Source: Phoronis australis
Lineage: Eukaryota; Animalia; Phoronida
DNA length: 64,000 nucleotides
Reading direction: 5' to 3'
Assembly: GCA_002633005.1 (NCBI GenBank)
Contig: NMRA01000104.1
Coordinates: forward strand, 429,255 to 493,254
The notes under the pieces are model-generated. The model saw only the letters and a program-made list of their open reading frames with translations. It was not told where the DNA came from and made no database searches. Every line of letters starts with the position of its first letter. Positions within the stretch are counted from its first letter, which is position 1. This document shows, piece after piece, positions 1-13,200 of the stretch. The position numbers and the translations under genes are program-made.

Positions 1-344
1 AAGCCGCAAGGCCCCATCAAAAATGCAATTTTCACAAAAATGGCAGTCATTTGAATTTATAACGACTTGCAACATTTCAAGGAATGAGTTAAGACTATTC
101 AGTCACTGTGAATTCAGAAAATGTAATATATTTTTATGGGTTTAAAATTGATAGCAAATCAGTTTCATGAAATAAACTTGAAGGGACTTCATGAAGGTTA
201 AGAATTACCTCACCATGCTCTTTCCCCCAAACATGTATTACCTGTTATTTCCACACATTCAGTTGTACCAAATATTACAACCCCAACCCCCCAAGCCAAT
301 CCCCCGCTAAGGACCTGAATAAGTAAATTAACAAAATGCCTTAC

Positions 345-1931
345 ATACATTTCTTTAAAAATAGCTGTTCCTTTGCAAAGGCTTTGTTCGTTGTCTCCAA
401 TACTGAAAGTAGTCTTTGACAACAGATCTGCACTGGATGGGAAGATGTTGTTGGTTAGCTGCAGTCAAATGCTTAAAACCAATTTTTGTCCATTCAGGGA
501 CGGTGCAGAAGCGATGCATATCTCCTCTGCACGGTACAAGCCCTCAAATCTAAAACCAAAGGTTACGTGAAAACAGGCGTGATAGATTTCCAGAAGACAT
601 ATGATAGGGAGTAAACAAATAGTCTGATGCAATGGATATTTGTCATGTACCTCGCTTTGCCATTGGGCTTGGATTGTAATCTTAAAGGCGAAGGCAACCT
701 TTTTCATGCCATTTTTAGCAAAAATTAGGTTCGTTGGTTATCCCAGACATATTTTCAACTTAATTACAACTTTTCGTAATTTAACTAAATATTCGTTCTC
801 TACTCCGGAAGTGACGTTTTGGGAGGCAAGCATTTCCCGCCAATTTCTTTTCATATAGTCTGACTATGAGAGCTGTCGCGTCAGTCATTGATTTACCTCC
901 GTTGTGATAAGCTCGGTCGTCGTTTGCTTTTGTTTACGAGTCAGTCAACATGCCACACTGTTGCTGCGTACCGGAATGTACTCATTATGGCCCAAAGCCT
1001 GTAAGCAACCCTGCTGCGATGTTGAGTAGTGGGAGTGAATACAGGTCCAGTCAGTGAAGAGTACAATTCGTCGTTCAATGAACAGATCGTGGAGCCAAAC
1101 TTTGATAAGTTTATTGTGGACTTGTTTAAAGTATTGGAGCTATATAGAAGGGGCCAGGTGTCTGGCGAAGGAGTCACACGGCGGGGTGTAAGCAGTTTGT
1201 GTGCTCAGGTCACTATCCAGTGGGAGTGTGTCGCGGTACCCTGGGGTAAATGGGACAGTTGTTCCTCTGTCCGTGAGACAATAATGAGTACATCCCGGTA
1301 CGCAGCCACAGTGTGGCATGTTGACTGACTCGTAAACAATAGCAAACGACGACCGAACTTATCACAACCGAGATAGAACAATGACTGACTCGGCAGCTCT
1401 CACAGTCAGACTATATGAAAAGAAATTGGCGCGAAATGCTTGCCTCCCAAAACGTCACTTCCGGAGTAGAGAATGAATAATTAATTAAATTACAAAAAGC
1501 TGTAATTAAGTGGAAAATTTATCTGGGATAACCAACGAACCTTATTTTTGCTAAAAAAGACATGAAAAAGGGTTGCCTTCGCTTTTAACTCATTAGGCTG
1601 TATCGAGTTGACAGCATAAACAATCAGCATTGGTTGATGTAACTGTCACTGATAAACTGTTAGAAATCATTCCAAACAATAATAATGCTTTAATTTACGA
1701 AAAGATACCGATTGCTACGTCAAGTATCGTAACACATATCACAACAAACAAATATTAACCCGACTAGCGACTGCCACGAAGTTGACATCGGCCAGTAAAA
1801 CAGGCATCAGTAGAATAATGATGGAATAATCGTTAAAATAATCACAAACTTTACCTTTGTATAAGGTCGTGCTTACTTCCTCTCATAGAAGCACCCTTTT
1901 CACGCAATCTCAGATTTAGTTGACATGGCTG
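345..1931 (-). pseudogene. Decayed spliced SAP-domain ORF, probably a DNA-transposon accessory gene (SAP/SWIM/YqaJ-like)
   Basis: Exon 1931-1855 reads QPCQLNLRLREKGASMRGSKHDLIQ-R (SAP-like) and ends at donor AG|GTAAAG. Acceptor TTTTAG at 551-550 continues in phase as R-FEGLYRAEE. After frameshifts it reads PEWTKIGFKHLTAANQQHLPIQCRSVVKDYFQY and GDNEQSLCKGTAIFKEMY, then donor GTAAGG at 344. An in-frame TGA upstream and the frameshifts indicate decay. The family call is inference. Confidence 0.5.
686..1584. mobile_element. Non-autonomous foldback DNA transposon, Kolobok-like (TTAA TSD, purine termini)
   Basis: About 300-bp inverted arms: 686-988 (aggcgaaggcaacc...gtactcattat) and 1281-1584 (ataatgagtac...ggttgccttcgctt). 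TTAA lies at 682-685 and 1585-1588. Confidence 0.85.
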
Positions 1932-3624
1932 CAAGCCATTTCACCATGAATTTAAAGGTCTCGCGAAATTGAGGCTGTTAATCTATCACCACTAGTACAC
2001 GCGCGCCCTCTAGTTATTGTAGATTTTCCGAATAGCCCCATTCACTCTGGGTTTGACAGTGTGTTCACACGTGGTGTGTAATAAGCCTGGTAGATAACTG
2101 GCGTACCTGTTGTCATAACAGACAAAAGACTGTGCTTGGCAGTTAACAAAGAAGCTTGATGGTATCACACGCTCAGAACCCCCTTCGTCTGGTAAAGTCA
2201 CTGAACGGTAAAACGCTGTCAAGTCTATGACGTGATGTGTATACCAAATACGGTACCCAAGATTGTCTGTGAAAGTGCTGAATAACAAGCAAAGAATTAT
2301 CTTATAATAAATCGATTAGATTTTCAATTTGTGAAATATGCAAGTTAAAGCACTGAACCATTCAAAAATATGAAGTTTGTCGGAAACTTAGAAAAAATCC
2401 ATCCAGGATTATAAAAGTAGAAACATGTGTCGTTTTAGCTTCGATGAATTTCTTAGTTTTCTTCATTTACTTTCGCTTGTGGACTAGAAGTAGTGATAGA
2501 AACACCTCCTCGTATGGATCACAGCATTGGAAAATAACGGTGGAAACTGTGCTGATTTGCAGAACTTGAGGTTAGGGATGTATCGCAAAAAGCAGATTTT
2601 ACGCTACGACCGGCAGCAACGGAGAGTTGAACGCTACGAGCAGACGATTGATTCAGTAAAATAAAACACATTTTATTCGATATTAGGTCGCAATTTCCTG
2701 TAAAGACCTTAGCTCTCAGTGTACATATACTGAATGCATCCAAAACAAATCGTTTTCGTTGGATTTGAATTAGATTTTGACTAATTTTGTTGGCTAAGGA
2801 CGCTATTTAACTGGACCAGTCCTATTTATAATGATCCAGATTGAAACTTCAGCCATTCCCAAAAATAGCCACCTGGTCACCGTGCGTCGGAATTATCATC
2901 TGTAAATCTTTTCTGTTTTTAGATCAGACGCCTTGGATTAATTATTTAGGTAACCCAAATGAACGAGTTCAATCAAATTTGGAGTTGCACTCCCAAATTT
3001 ACTCCACCAGGAGACTGCTCAACAACCGTGAAATACGGTTTTTACCGTTGTATACGCTACGACCTCTACCGTGATACACGGATTGGCCCTACTTCCCCGT
3101 ATTTCACAGTTAATAACGTGGATGGGCGATGTCAGCATTCCCATGCTGCCATTATGGCGTTTTGTCCATGCCCATCTTGCAGAGTCTTAGTTAGTTTTAT
3201 CTATTTACGTCATGATTATTATTCGCAATCCTCCTCTTGTTTTACTCTGCAACATAGCTCGTGGCGTACCCCGGGCAAAATAGATTACGATAAATAAAGT
3301 GACTTATACAACATCCATTTTTTCACATATGTATGGGATAAGTTCACATAAGTCAGTACATATACAAAACTTACCGAGAGTGGAGTAGATGAAGTAATAT
3401 CCTAACGAGACACTATTCCGCGTATCGACTCAGAGACCGAACGTCGAGTTCGATACACTGTACGTGGAATAATGTCAAATTCTGAGTTTCTTTCGTTTTT
3501 TCGTCAGAGTTTTCAAATATTTCATCCAGACTGTTCACGTGGCTGATCACATCCTATATGCATGTTCTTGCGCGATATGCTATAAGTTTTCTCCAGTATG
3601 AGAAACAGTTTTAAATGTAGCGAT

Positions 3625-3975
3625 TTATTACTTGAAAAGAGATAACAAAGATGAAAACAACGGTAATTGAACTTGAAACACTTCCTAGAAATTATTAAAT
3701 AACAATTTTAACATTGCAAGTTACCAAGGTGTTGCAGACTACATAATACTTAGCAAATAAAACTGAGACAGAAGTGTCATGTAACTAACGATTTTGTACC
3801 AGATGCTATGTTTGGGACCTAATTACATGTTGAGTGTTATTTGCACTGCTGCAATGTTATTACTTTAAATTATGTTGGGAAAGTTTGATGATCAAACTGG
3901 CTAAGGACGAGGAGTCGACATTGACCTACCTTTTGAACTTTCCATGTAAGAGGCCACTGTTAAAGTCGTCCCGGG
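3625..3975 (+). repeat. Dispersed repeat, homologous to ~34330-34665
   Basis: Shared blocks acaaagatgaaa(a/g)caacggta, aaaactgagac, gttgagtgtta, aaagtttgatgatc and ttttgaactttccatg occur in the same order. Confidence 0.7.
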
Positions 3976-4369
3976 AGTGCAATACTTGAACTTACCCTTC
4001 AAAACATTCTCCTTAAACTCTCGTGGTTTTACGTGATGTTGCATGATCTCAGTTTTCTGGTACGAAACTTGCTCTTCGGAAGGAACAGCGTACCAGGATC
4101 GAACTCAAAGACACAGCAACTATCATAGCCATTGTAGAATTAAACCTTTCGTCCCACCATATTCACCATAGAGCCACTTAGGGCAATGCTAATAAATCAT
4201 TCCGTACAGTTATAGTTGGTGGCTAAAGGAACTGTTGTCAGTGTTGTTTACACATTTTGAAGGTAGGTTGATAGGCATTCTAGAGATGATATGTACATTC
4301 TGTCTTCCTTCTGTTAAAATATTAATTTTTGGTTTAGACCTGTTTGAAGATAAAACGTCATTTAGAAAT

Positions 4370-4650
4370 GGGATCTGTGTCAAAAAAGTGACTTAAGACA
4401 GAAATTTAGTCTTACGCTCCACATGACAATTTCTGAAAAATAATTTAATCTCGCTTGAGCAAAATTGCAGATTCTCTTAGAACACACACATAACAACTAG
4501 TTACTGAGTTAAGTTCTATAAATTACTTCTATATTGTTATTGTGATACGCTCGTAATTACTTGGCTAAACTTTTACTCAACAATTGTTAAGTGGGACCGT
4601 AAGACCAAATTTCTGTCTCAAGTCTTAAGTCACTTTCATGAAACAGACCC
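4370..4650. mobile_element. MITE with terminal inverted repeats
   Basis: gggatctgtgtcaaaaaagtgacttaagacagaaattt ... aaatttctgtctcaagtcttaagtcactttcatgaaacagaccc. Related internal sequence occurs near 42140-42300. Confidence 0.65.
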
Positions 4651-6049
4651 TTAGCTGGTCTCCATTGCCTACTCTGATTGGACGTGGTTTCTGGACTTAA
4701 AAACAACTTGTACTCTCAACAGTTAAATTTCCGAGGGTGTGCTTGAGAGACTACCTCGGTGAACTTTACGAGAGGTTGAGACAAATATGCCAACAGCGAA
4801 TCAGTAAGAGCTACAGATCTTCAAATCAAATCATTTTTCGTGTCCTTATGTATCACTATGGGTTCTTTGTTACAGCATGTTTAACAGGTTTATCTGTCGA
4901 TAAGTCTTAGCTGTATATAAAGGTGGGTGGCGCGGAATTTTATTCTAGTTGCTCACTTTTTCAAACATAAATTCAACTGAGATGAGCAAACATGATGCGG
5001 AATTTTTTACCGAAAATTCTGTACCCGCCGTAAAATTTAGTGAAAGCTTTTGAAATTTTGTGTTTGCTTCAATAGTTTTCCTTGATGCCGTTCTTAATTA
5101 TACAACGATATTACGGACTCGTACATAAAGGTGTTTAAGTTGACACGGAGCCGAAGGATTATCAATATCAAATTGTTTGACAAATTGATGGGAATGATAT
5201 TGATAAAAATTAACAATATTTTCAAGCCATGTAACGTCAAAGGTGCCAGAAATATCTATGATGGGTCTGGCAAATTTATGAAATATTTGCCCCCCTAATT
5301 TCTGTCTATGATAACTGTGACGAAATGTTCATACATGTAAGTCCATTATCAACTTTGATATTCACGGAGTAAGTTAATAAATCAGACTCCTGCGAGACGA
5401 AAATGAAGTTTGGTGGAATAAAGTGCATAAGTCACTTTTCCGGAGATTTAAAACACAACTTCGGCTTCAATTTCACCTAATTGGCCGCACCGTTAGAACA
5501 ATTCTTTCTTGTCAATGGGTTCAATAGAACCTATAATCGATCAATAAACGCTTCAGCGAGGAGATACCACCGATTGTATATCTCGTTTCTAAGGAGTAAC
5601 TGGATAATATGAAGGCGATTTTGCGTCATGGGACACTTATGAACAAGGTTAAACATCCTTTTAATTACGGCTTGAAAGGCACATATTACATGACCGACAA
5701 ACCTCCTCAGACCAGCACATTAGCTCACCAGCAACGCATTTTACATGTATAGACAACCTATTGGATTCGCACCAAATGACATAAACAGTCGACGTGTGTC
5801 CGTGGCGGATACAGCAACAGTCGATACAATCCGGCTATTAATCATTTCCAGTTACCTTTAAATCCCTGTCTTAGCCAAAGAGTGGCACACGTTCATCAAA
5901 AAAGACTATAGGTGCTGTCTTCAGCTTTGTCTGTTGATGTTGTATGCAGCTTACTCGATATGAGCGTTCTGGTATGATGACAAGCGGGGCATAAGCTTTT
6001 GACCCATGAACTTAATAAGTTCACAAAGCTTAGAACAACCAATACACAT

Positions 6050-6900
6050 GTTTTCATGACATTTTCTAAATGTTCTCCATCCACACGGATACGGTAATGC
6101 GACCGAAAGCCCAATTTTCCTTTCGCTTTCCACTAGTTTTCATTCACACTGAATGCGCATTATAGTTAACGAAGCTTGACGTCAGGATTTGGCGTAGGGT
6201 GGCGTTTTACTGAATTCGACCATCCACACATGTACGTCAACATGATCGTGACGTCAGCGTTTTCAAAAATTGCGTTTTAAAGGTGTTAAAAATCCACTTT
6301 AGAGAGCGTTTTCAATAGCGATTTTTGTTGTCGAATTCAGTACACGGAGTGTTGGGCCCTTTCTACACGACTCTGTTTTCATTTGGAAACGCAACATTGC
6401 TACTTCCGTCCACACGTATCCATTGAATGTGACATCTGCGTTAGAACATGTTCTACATAGCGGACTTCTTGAAAACGTCGTATTCGATATATTTATGTGG
6501 AGAAATGAATTAGCAGTTTTTTTGAACTTCGTTCAACTAACGTGGACTCGCTGGTTCCCTACGTGCCTAGCCAGCACGCTGGCCACTTACCATCTAGCGG
6601 CACGCAGGGAACCAGCGAGCTAGCGTGGACAGTGAAGACGTAAAATTTCGAAAATACCAACGCTACGATCGTATAAGCATATTCCGTTCGCGTTTACGGA
6701 AAACTTTGAAAACAGTTTCAGTCGTACTAAAGCACTTGTGTGCACGGTCGAAAACGCAATTTTCAAAAAAAACTAACGTCTCGATAATATTAGCGTTGGC
6801 GGGAAAACGATTTGAAAACAATACGCGTGGACGGGAATTTTTTGAGAGTTCAAACAAAAAATTACTTTTTCTAAATGAAAACAGAGTCCATTTGGACAGC
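6050..6900. mobile_element. Cluster of PIF/Harbinger-like MITE fragments (ccgtccacacg/cgtggacgg family)
   Basis: The motifs ccatccacacg, ccgtccacacgtatcc and acgcgtggacggg recur. There is an internal hairpin at 6547-6619 and another fragment at ~13340-13430. The superfamily call is inference. Confidence 0.55.
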
Positions 6901-6917
6901 TCCTCAGACCAGCACAA

Positions 6918-7219
6918 TTAGCGAGTATCCCCCGCTGCGTCTACTCCACAAAGTTGACGGTATGCCCAGACGGACGAAATAGTCCCGTTTGTTATTCTCA
7001 CGCGCAGAATGTATGATGTTAAAAACCACGAAAGACCGGCGAGGATACTGACAACAAAATATGTCCAGGAGAGATACATGGCCCAGTCGGGCGTGACGGT
7101 CTTATCGTCAAACAGTGGCACTGGAATGAGTATGTTGAATTCGGGAGAGGCTCGTCCCAACCTGGCAGTCTCCACTGAGCGCATCATCATTAGACATGTA
7201 GCAAATAAGGAATAGACGG
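6918..7219 (-). CDS. Gene A coding exon 4 (end of TM3, ECL2, TM4, tail)
   Basis: Acceptor TTTTTTACAG at 7221-7220. Reads AVYSLFATCLMMMRSVE...DWAMYLSWTYFVVSILAGLSWFL...DAAGDTR, stop TAA. Confidence 0.88.
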
Positions 7220-10200
7220 CTGTAAAAAAGAAAACAATGTTTTCACTAAGTTGATTTTACTCAATCATGAAGAAATAATGATTAGACGGTTACATGAAAC
7301 TAAATTACCCAACAAATCGACATGCCTTCTAGAATATTGTTGTTCACATTTATAGAAGTCGCGATTTATGTAGAGCCACCACTTAATTACATATTTTCAA
7401 TTTGACCCCATAAGGAATCGTAGGGCCTTTTTAAATTTTTTAAAAGTTTTTTTGCAATATTGAATACCAGCGTGGATAAATCTATTATCTTTATTTCAAG
7501 TTAACATTAAAATCGACATCTTGCATGTTTATGGTACAAAAAGGATTACCCGGTCCCACCTCAACCTCGTGGAAAATTATTTACAGCTTATCCAAGTTCA
7601 AAGGTTACAGAACTGTCACTCAAATCAAATCTCCCGCCAGGTACTAGCAGTTCCGCTTGAACCCACAATTCACACTTATTTCATTCGCTGACATAGTACT
7701 GAGTCAAAATGTACATAACATAGAAATATACCGAGGAAAACGAAGCGAAAACGTAACTGTGATCTTCAGGTACTTGTGCGTCAGCGTACATACAACCGTT
7801 GATTAACGCATGACGAATGCATCGAGTCGCCACACGGCGTGTGGCACTTTGTTTTCACAAACACAGCACATTGTGAAAACTGATAAATCCTCGTCAAATT
7901 CAATAGTTTTATTTGTAATTTGGCGTTTTGCTGTTTCGATATCGCGCTCACGGCGCGCTTTAGTCATAGATACTATTTCTGTTCCCCATTTCTTGATTGA
8001 TTCCTTGATATCAATCTCTTCAACGCGTGGTTCATAAGTTATGCACCACTGTAATGAACTGTTGATCTACTTAACGTTGATTCCTTCTCTGACCTAGTTT
8101 GACTCGAGGCTCTGATCTCCCGACTTACGAGATTAAAACGACGTTCAAGTGATAATTAAGTTAATTACACACTACGTTTAGTTGACTTTACGGGTAAATG
8201 TTGAAATAATGAGCATGTTTAAGGCATGTATCGGTCACATTGACTAAAACAAGTTTTCACCGAATAATTAAGCGAAAACCTTGAGATTTTGAAGGTTCGC
8301 GATGTTTTCAGCTTTTTCCCGGCTTCGGCAAATCGACTAGATTTGACATTAGGAACACGAGTTCTCGAAAATGACTCAGTGGATTTCAGTAAAACATCAA
8401 AATTTTATTATTTATTTATTATTCTTTAAAAGTGTGCTAGAATATTTTAACACCTAGTACCGTGCCACAGACAATTACGACCGCTGTTGTATACAGAATG
8501 CCTTATATCTTGCGAGTTAATTTGGCATAGAAAAAAAACTAAGTGCGTAATCGAAAATTCCTAACAGCATTTTGAGAGATATCGGCAAGTTTTCCCTTGA
8601 ATAAAGTTTCAATAAATTCGACTAAGGGGTATTTCTGCTATGAGTGTAACTTTGTTAAAACTGAAAATTTGACTTGAAAAGGCGGCCACGTTATAAAAAC
8701 AATGGCACGTAAGCACAATGTGTATTTTTTAAAATCCCTGGCATTTCTTCTTTTAGAAAATGTATGCTTTTACCAGTTGACACAGCCTAGTTTGTCTGGT
8801 AATTGACTTTGAATTAACGTTCATCAATAAGCTCCTACATAACCTTATCAGACAGGTACACTGACAAATTACTCTCACACAGATACTCCTGTTTTCCCGC
8901 AACAATTGTTACAATTCGCCTAAAGAGCTTTCCAAAAGGTCGAACATGCTTCAGTGGTCATTTAGAGTGCCACCTGTTGTCAAGAGTAGCCACAGACCTT
9001 GACAGAACATCGTAAATCGACTGAAACAAATCTTTACTAGTCGCAAGAAATAACACTGTTTGCGGCAATTATGCCATAAACGGTCAGAATAGCAGTCTCC
9101 GTTCTGCATAGAAGGCTCACACAGATTCGTTGCCAATCTGCCTACTAGTACCGCAAAGAACAGTTGAACATAAATTAAGAAATTGGACTGTTTTGGGTCG
9201 GTTTCCCGGGAGTGCCGCTTAGTTGACGACCCTTTTGAGTTCCCGCAAGCAGCTGAGACATGGCAAATTTTGCTCCTCTTCGCCTGTCGCAAACATTGTG
9301 TTGTTTTCTGTGGTTGACCTGTCTATGTTCTTCCGCATGAGGTGCATGAAAGTTGAAATTAATTTGTCTCTGGCCGGGCGTGTTTTCAGGTGTAGACTGG
9401 CATTGGTTTTTGATCTAAAATCTTATTTGGATGTTCTATTCCCTTCGTGTCAATAACAGTAGCACTCGACTGACGCGACCTTGTTATGTAAGCCCAATGA
9501 TTATGTAATCTGTTAACAACAGACTACTCGAGGACATTCAAGTAGGTTCCAACATATCAGTGACCGATATAGAATCAGAGTCTGACATATAATTGTACAA
9601 TAATTGGACAGGTTGCAGAGATTTCTAGAATGTGCTTGAATTAATGGAAAGTTCTCGGACCTTGTGGGAAACTCTAAATACTCAGGCACGAGTAAGTATG
9701 AGATGGTCAACAGTTGCAGAATCTGCAGTCACTGCGTCATAGGTTACAAAGTCAATAGTGAGAAAGCTGTAGAGACGGCGATCAGCAATAGGTATTGATC
9801 CTGTCAACGACAGACAGTTGTTGAATGTGACTCAAGAGTACATCAAGTCAAGGCTTCGCAGCACTGACTGGAAGGCGTTACCTCGGGCGTTTTTTATTGA
9901 GTAGACCTGTGCACGCTCTTTCGACATTATTAATTGTGATTAACTCAAACCAGTCTTCAATCTGTCATCACACCGAAAGCTATCAGTACCGGTTAATGAC
10001 GACCTGCGCCTACCCATCCACGGAAGAAAACGTGACACCTACTGTATAAACCCGCAATTAAGCGCATTTACCTAGTTATGAAGCTGCGCTTATTTGCGAA
10101 ACTTAGGCGTTTTCGTATTAATACGAGACATTTCAGTAGGAATTAAATGTTACTTTATCGAAGATCAAGGCTAAAGGCTTATTAAAAAATAAACCTATTA

Positions 10201-13200
10201 TTTTATATTTTAGTATTTTTAAATACTAAAATCATTAACACAAACTTTTTTTTCACTGACGCCGCATGCTACTAATTGAGGAACTTATCCGAATGCGCCT
10301 ATATACGGTGTTATACGGTTTTTTCCAATGCAATAGTGAACTATTTTGGGATGAATTCACTGCAAGGGATATATAGCGCAACACAAAACATTATCGATCC
10401 TCTAGTTGGAACATTTTGTTTGAACGTTAAACACGTGTAGCTGTTTCATGCGTTGTCATCCGTATTTCTGCCAACACGGAAACATCAAACACCTTACCTC
10501 CTATTAATAGGCAAGTTCCAGCCAAAATGGAGGAAATCACTTGCTTGAGAGCTGCCGCAAAGATACCAATAAAAAGCCCAAAGGAGATGCAAATCATGCC
10601 AACGACGCATGTGGCCTGAGCAGAACGCGTCAGCTGTAAGTCTGAAAAAGTAACACCAATTAAAGAGCACTTTCGTTTGTGTTTGTGTTTATCTTGATGA
10701 ACAGTGTATATATCATGAACTTTCAACACCAAGACGGAAACATGTGACCCCTAGAGAAGCTTCTAAATTATTCTTCATGTGCAGTGCCTGGGTTTTCTGA
10801 ACGAAGCTACACAAGATTGCAGCTAATATGTGCGCGTCGAGCTTGGCATTTATGTTAACTCGAATCTTTCTGTAATGCATGATTAAAGACCATTAACATT
10901 AGGTCTAGCGTTTTCTTGAACTTTCTTATCCGTCAATTCATAGTGTAAAGTTTTATGCACTTTTGACAACTTTTAAAACTAGTTTTACATTGTTGGGTGA
11001 CTATTTGGCCTATATATTCTTCTTCAAAGTCGTAAAAACCTTATAATTGAGTTTGGAAAAATAATTCAGGAAGCTGAGGCTGGGCAAGGCGGTATAGCAC
11101 AGGGTAATTTTTTCTTAAGTTGGTGACAATTGGGGGGGGGGTGTAGATACGAACTGTGTGACAATTGGAGCTGAGTTTAACACGGAGAAGTGTATCTACC
11201 TGGTGGAATCAAGGAAGTACGAAATTTATACCGCACTCGGGTAATTAGACAAATACGCCAACATTCAAAGATGCTTCTATGTCCACAAATTTATACCGCA
11301 CTCGGGTAATTAGATAAATACGCCAATATTCAAAGATGCGTCTATGTCCACAAATTTATACCGCACTCGGGTAATTAGACAAATACACCAATATTCAAAG
11401 ATGGGTCTATGTCCACAATTAGACGCATATGCTTGTACGCGAACGATTTGAAGAAAACGATATCTGAAATTTTGAATTTTGGACATCCCCTTCCCTCCGC
11501 GTGGTCAGAAACAGGGTTGGCGGGCGACGGGCGAACCCGCCGGACGTCCAATCGCCCAAACCACCCAGATTTGCCAATGACTGGATCATAATGAAAAAAG
11601 CATGTTTCCAAGAAGACGGATATATATCTAGCTGAAGCCGTTTGTCAAATGGATTGGTTAAGGGCAAGGTAATTTCGTTGGCAATCATTTTGATCATCTT
11701 GCTGGTGATAAAAGCTGTGCCATCATTCTTATTGGGGTCGATTCCACTGAGATACTTCCGGACATCAGTTCGATTAGCCAGGATATCAGACAGTTGATTG
11801 AGACAACGTTCACGAAGAAAGAGAAAGTTACTTACTACAGTTGGTGTAATGTAGCTTTTGTTCCTGAAAATTTTGAGAACAGGTCACACTTGTCACTGCT
11901 ACTTGAAGCTAGGTTACCATGTGGTTGATGACTGGGTAAGAGGATTGTTGTTGACTGCGGGGTATTTTATTGGTGATGTTCCAGTTATCTTTGGAGTTCT
12001 TGCTTACACTGTTAATTTGTGAAAAAAGCTTGTGTCGGTGATCAGCTTTGGCTTGTTTTACTAAAGTCTCTGGCTGCAGTCGTGATTGCTCTGTGTATCT
12101 GTTGTAGATTACACTGTTGTTAGATCTTCTGAAAGAGCTGTAAAGTCTTTTTCTTGTTCGGATTGCCCATTTAACATTATTGTTGAACCACGGTTGGCTG
12201 TTGTGTTTAATTATCTTTTCAGTTGATGGGGTGTTGTTTTGTTTAAAATTTCATATATAGAGAGTACTAGTGAAGAGTGAAACAGTGTCATCAATGTCGC
12301 CAGTGTCCAATATGGAATCCCAGTCAGTGGAGGTGATATCTGGACGTGACTTGATCATATTTCCAAATTTTTCGTGTGGTGTGTTGTTCGGTAACCGTTT
12401 TTGTTTAGGAATTAGAGTGGTTTCGATTGTGTGGTGATCAGAATTGCCAACAGGAGGTAGTACGGAACACGATTCAATGATACTCAAATTGTTTGTTATG
12501 CAGAGAACAATACATGAATGAGAAACGTCGGTGATGCGGGTTGGCTCATTAATTAGCTCTATGCAGTCATTAGACAATAAGATATCAGACAATTGTAGTC
12601 CGGTCGTATTGTCATGATCATCATTGCACCAATTAGAGTTTCGGGCATTAAAATCACCATTTATGATTATACTAAAGCTATTGAGGTTAATTTCTGCTAA
12701 CTGGTCGGCTAAGGCTTTGAAGTAGTGTTTTCTTTCAGTTGGTGACTGAGGTGATCGATAAAACAACCCATAGTAACTTTTCTGTGACCGTAATAAATTT
12801 CGATCCAGCAGTTGCATAACTGAGGACAAGTTAAGCTAGGACATAATTTAAATGTGAGTGCGAACCACTAAATATACAATCGTTGTTTTTGCAAAATGTC
12901 CGACGCATTTCAATTGGAGCGTTCGCCGATGTTAGTAGTGACGTCAGTTTCCAAGTGCGTCTTGGCGATGATGCAAAACGTTTGAAGATGACGCACGCCA
13001 GGTTAAAGAAGTGTAACTATCGCCTCAGTGCCTCGCGAGGCAAATCCTCCTGGATCATTTTGCCGCCTTGCACCTTTCACTGCGCGTGTCTCATCTGTGC
13101 AAGCTTTTTGAGAAACACCACATGTTATATGGGTGTGGAAAATAACGTGAAAATTTGTCAAAATGAGTGTACTTCGCATTTCATTTGGTATTAAGACAAA

